Shown one piece after another: positions 60,701 through 64,000 of a DNA stretch of 64,000 nucleotides. Source of the DNA: Azolla caroliniana. Taxonomy: Eukaryota; Plantae; Polypodiophyta. The notes under the pieces were generated by a model. That model was given only the letters and a program-made list of their open reading frames with translations, had not been told where the DNA came from and searched no databases. The stretch is from positions 8,680,001 through 8,744,000 of the forward strand of contig JBHGNT010000004.1 in the NCBI GenBank assembly GCA_043228905.1. The letters run 5' to 3'. The translations under genes and the position numbers were made by a program. How positions within the stretch are numbered: the first letter of the stretch is position 1; every line of letters begins with the position of its first letter.

Positions 60701-61243
60701 GTAGCTTTCCCTTCGTCTCTTCAGTGAAGATGTGACTAATTGTATTTGGGTTCCTTAAGCTTGGATCTTTTGCAACTTCCTTCATCTTTTGCCAGTTATC
60801 TTCCGGTAGCGGAACTGCAACTGGCTTGATCTTCCTATCCACGGTTTTATATTTTGTGTTGACTTCGACTTCCTCTATCAAGATGCCTCGATGATATTCA
60901 TCGATGATAGTATACATGTTGACGGAGTTAACCGAAATCACATGTTGATGGTGAGGATAGCTCAAATCCACGACTTCCTCGATTTCGCCGATGGTGTCGT
61001 TAAATGAGGCTTCCTCCATAATATATGACACGAATTCTTCTTCTTTGATTATGCTTTCTTCTTTCAGCACCTCCTCGAAGTCTTGTATTTGACACTTTTC
61101 CTTCTTGTTGAGTAGTCTAAGTTTGCATGTGCCGCCAGGTGTGACGCATGTTGCTTCTCCTTGCAATCCACGCACTTTGCTTCCTTGTGGGGACTTATGA
61201 TTGCTCGGACTATTTGTGCCCCATGCTTCAATAGTCCGCTTTA
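57800..61243 (-). pseudogene. gypsy pol (RT, RNase H, integrase) with a few stops/frameshifts
   Basis: LRFIQDLQPVN, DLYSGYDQF, PFLDDI, VDTSP..KRELWGI, GHRGI...CKEC, ANGKVERGH. Confidence 0.9.
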
Positions 61244-61250
61244 AAAATCC
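61188..61250 (-). promoter_or_regulatory. Putative -1 frameshift site with H-type pseudoknot between protease and RT
   Basis: G-GAT-TTT-TAA, 5-nt spacer, stem CGGACTATT/AATAGTCCG, loop TGGGG pairing with downstream CCCCA. The -1 frame is open into RT. Confidence 0.7.
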
Positions 61251-63421
61251 GAGGATTCGCCTCCAAGGCTATCTCGGTTCCTTTCATGATTAGCTCGCAC
61301 CGTCAGGAATTGAACGGATCTTTTACTATCAAGACTCTTGACGCGCGCGAAGGCCGCTCCATTATCGAACACCTTGGTCTCCATCCGGGACGATGTTATA
61401 TATGGTTGTCCTAGGATGACGGGATGTGAAGCCGAGTCTTGCACGAAGAAGTGTTGATCAATCTCTACATCCCCGATCGTGACTTTAACGTTGGGGCAAG
61501 CTCCGTACAAGTCCTCCGTAGCCTTCATCGCCGCTCGAATCTTCCATCCGTGGTTTGTATTAATCGGCCATCTTCCTTTCTTGTAGAACTCGGTCGACAT
61601 GAGGTTGATCTCAGAGCCATGGTCAATCAAAGCGACCACTGTCTCTTTCTTCTCCCCGATCTTCACCGGTGTCTCCGTTGTCGCTCTTGCCCAATGAGGC
61701 CGCGAGTAATGGCTATCCGCCACCACTTCTTCTTCTTCCTCCTCTTCCGATCTTGCCATGGTTATGGCACTTGTTTTCACCTCCTCTTCATCAGATTGTT
61801 GCCGCTTCCTCTTAATAAGGTCCACGATAGTATCATGGAACTCCTTCTTCGCGATCCCAAGTAGCTCTCTCAAGGTAAGGTCGACATGACTATCTAAAAC
61901 CTTCTCCTCAAGGACCTTCCGCAAGTTAGTTGTTTGTTCTATGTCCGACCTTAGCTTGTAAGTCGGTGCCGCTCATTCTTTTCCTTTCTTCGTTGATTCT
62001 TCGACTTCCATCCGAGCAGGTTGGCTCGATCCACCGGGCTTCTTGTTTGTTTCACCAATCTCTTTTCTTGGGATAGGTTGGGGTGGCCCTTCTTTCCCTC
62101 CGTTCCTCGTGTTAGGTCGCTTTGATGTGCCATCTTCTTCACCGGTTCTCTTCCTCTTCTCTTCGACAAGGGCTTCATAGGTGTCACACACAACCTCCAC
62201 AAAGCTTGTGTTTTCATCGATTGGATCTGACCATCCGGTTGCTCGTCGCACGTTTCGGTCAGCAAGTTTTAGATCCTCTGAATTGATTTTGCCTTTTTCT
62301 TCGCACTCGAAGACCGTTGGCCAAAACCCAGCTCCTGGCTTGATCATTTTAAGATTCTCTTTTCCAACTCGTATCCCAGCCGAAGCGGCATAGTGCATAG
62401 CCTCCACATGCCTTGCATCTTCTTCTTCTACAATCTTTTTCAGCCCACCTCTTCCAAAGTTCACTCGTAGTGGCTTCTAGGTCTCGCTTGAGTGAATCAT
62501 GTTGCCGTCCAAATAGACGACATTCTTGCGGATCGCATCTTGCAAGTCAGCACATTCCCTTCGTGAGTGTTCAAAGCTATCGCACCACACACATCTATAC
62601 GCTTCTTTTCCCTTGGGCTCGCGTCGACCTAAGTTGGCTAGCGATACCGCTTCAAACTTCTTGGAGAGCTCTTCGATTATAGACTCCTCCATTGCTTTCT
62701 TGTCGAAATTGTTGATCGGCTTACTAGGCTCAATCGTCGTAGGTGCCTTCTTCCACAATTGTGGATTCTCGACCTCAGCTTCCTCTTGCCATTGTCGCCG
62801 CTTATCCAAACGGCTGCAAGCCTTCTTCACCGCCACCCAGTCCGCTACCAAACCATTTGGTTGTGTTTCGTCCTCCAAGAAACTACCCAATTCTCGCCGA
62901 TCTTTCGCATCCATTGCCTTTAGGAATAGTAAGACTTTATCTCCGTCGAGAACTCGTTGCTCGACACTCGGAAGTCGGTTGTACTTCTGGTCGAATTCGG
63001 CATAAATTCCCGATGCACACAGATTCTTCCCTTTCTTCTCGATCCAATTCATTAACATATGCCGAGTCATCCGCGATGCGTCTTCAAGCATGTATTCAGT
63101 GAGAAGAGCCCTTTCGAACTCCGCCCAAGTTGCATGCTCGTTTTGGATCTCCATCACGCGCTCACGGATCCCGGGTTCTACCACACGCTTAAAGCTTGAA
63201 ATTTGTTTTGGATCATGGACATCTCTTTGTTGCATCTCATTCCGGTAGGTAGCAAGGAAATTTGTGATGTTCTTCCCAACGAATCTTCCAACTGTCTCCA
63301 CAGTTCGGTCAACAGCTTTGTCGACTAGAGCCTCCCGATCTCTCTCTTTCAGCATGAATTCAACGACGGACATCATGCCTTTCGTCAATTCTTCTCCTTG
63401 AGTTCCACTTGTCAAAGCCAT
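61241..63421 (-). pseudogene. gypsy gag-protease (one stop at 62477, one frameshift near 61970)
   Basis: CVWCDSFEHSRREC knuckle. Protease-like ALIDHGSEIN...ILGQP. Confidence 0.88.
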
Positions 63422-64000
63422 CTTCGTACTTGATATCCTCCTACTGCCTCGTTTCACGTCGGGTTCACCAAAGATGTCGCGAAAATACGACGAGGATACG
63501 TGAACGTTGAGGCAGGACCCCGGGGCCTCCGACCAGAGGATAATCACATTTGTACGTTTATATTTTTAACAAATAACAAAAAGAAGAAATTTAATAATTT
63601 TCATTAACAAATGCAAAAAGAAATTACAATATGTCCCAAGATTGGGATTTAGAAGTTTTAGGTTTACTAAGATTAATAGAAAAGAAAAATTAGGGGTTTT
63701 GAGAGATATGGCTTCCGTCGGGAAGATTAGTATTAGGTTATATGAGTATTATGGCTTCCGTAGGGAAGATTAGGGTTTTTGAGTGTTATGGCTTCCCTAA
63801 GATAAGAGAGTTGAGAAGGACAAGAAAATTAAGATAATATGGAAAGTGCCTCCTCGTGTAGGAAAAAAAAATGGAATAAATATGGAGTTCTCCCTTGATC
63901 ATAGCCTTTCCACTTTTTGTTGCATGGCCTCTAATTTTAGTTGCCTAGCTTTTTCTTTTGGTTGCATGTAACTGTCCACATGACCTTTACTTTTTCCATG

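Larger units (their letters stand above)
56542..64000 (-). mobile_element. Near full-length tRNA-Trp-primed Ty3/gypsy element
   Basis: 3' LTR 56542-57762. PPT at 57763-57774. IN, RT-RH, PR, gag. PBS at 63455-63470. 5' LTR from 63475 runs off the window. Confidence 0.93.

Overview
Eukaryotic land-plant DNA, most likely a non-seed plant such as a fern (inferred from Arabidopsis-type telomere repeats, tRNA-iMet-primed copia elements and self-priming chromoviruses). The window is almost entirely a multi-layer nest of LTR retrotransposons. It holds several Ty1/copia copies, one fully intact with near-identical LTRs (16779-22143). It also holds tRNA-Trp-primed non-chromoviral Ty3/gypsy copies, chromodomain-bearing gypsy relics, solo LTRs and a gag-only element. 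Two things stand out. (1) At 22861-26138 an endonuclease-less Penelope-like element sits inside a copia pol gene. It is capped by (TTTAGGG)n and flanked by a perfect 117-119 bp target duplication. It carries an in-phase A-AAA-AAC slippery site plus hairpin linking ORF1 to an intact RT frame, and a type I hammerhead ribozyme just behind a TATA box in its 3' region. (2) The only clear host gene (38915-40114, minus) is an intronless, secreted ApoD-like lipocalin whose barrel is split by a ~175-aa helical insert. Other oddities include fold-back LTR palindromes, a frameshift/pseudoknot after a gypsy protease, a self-priming PBS and an element with a tRNA-Arg site where the PPT should be.
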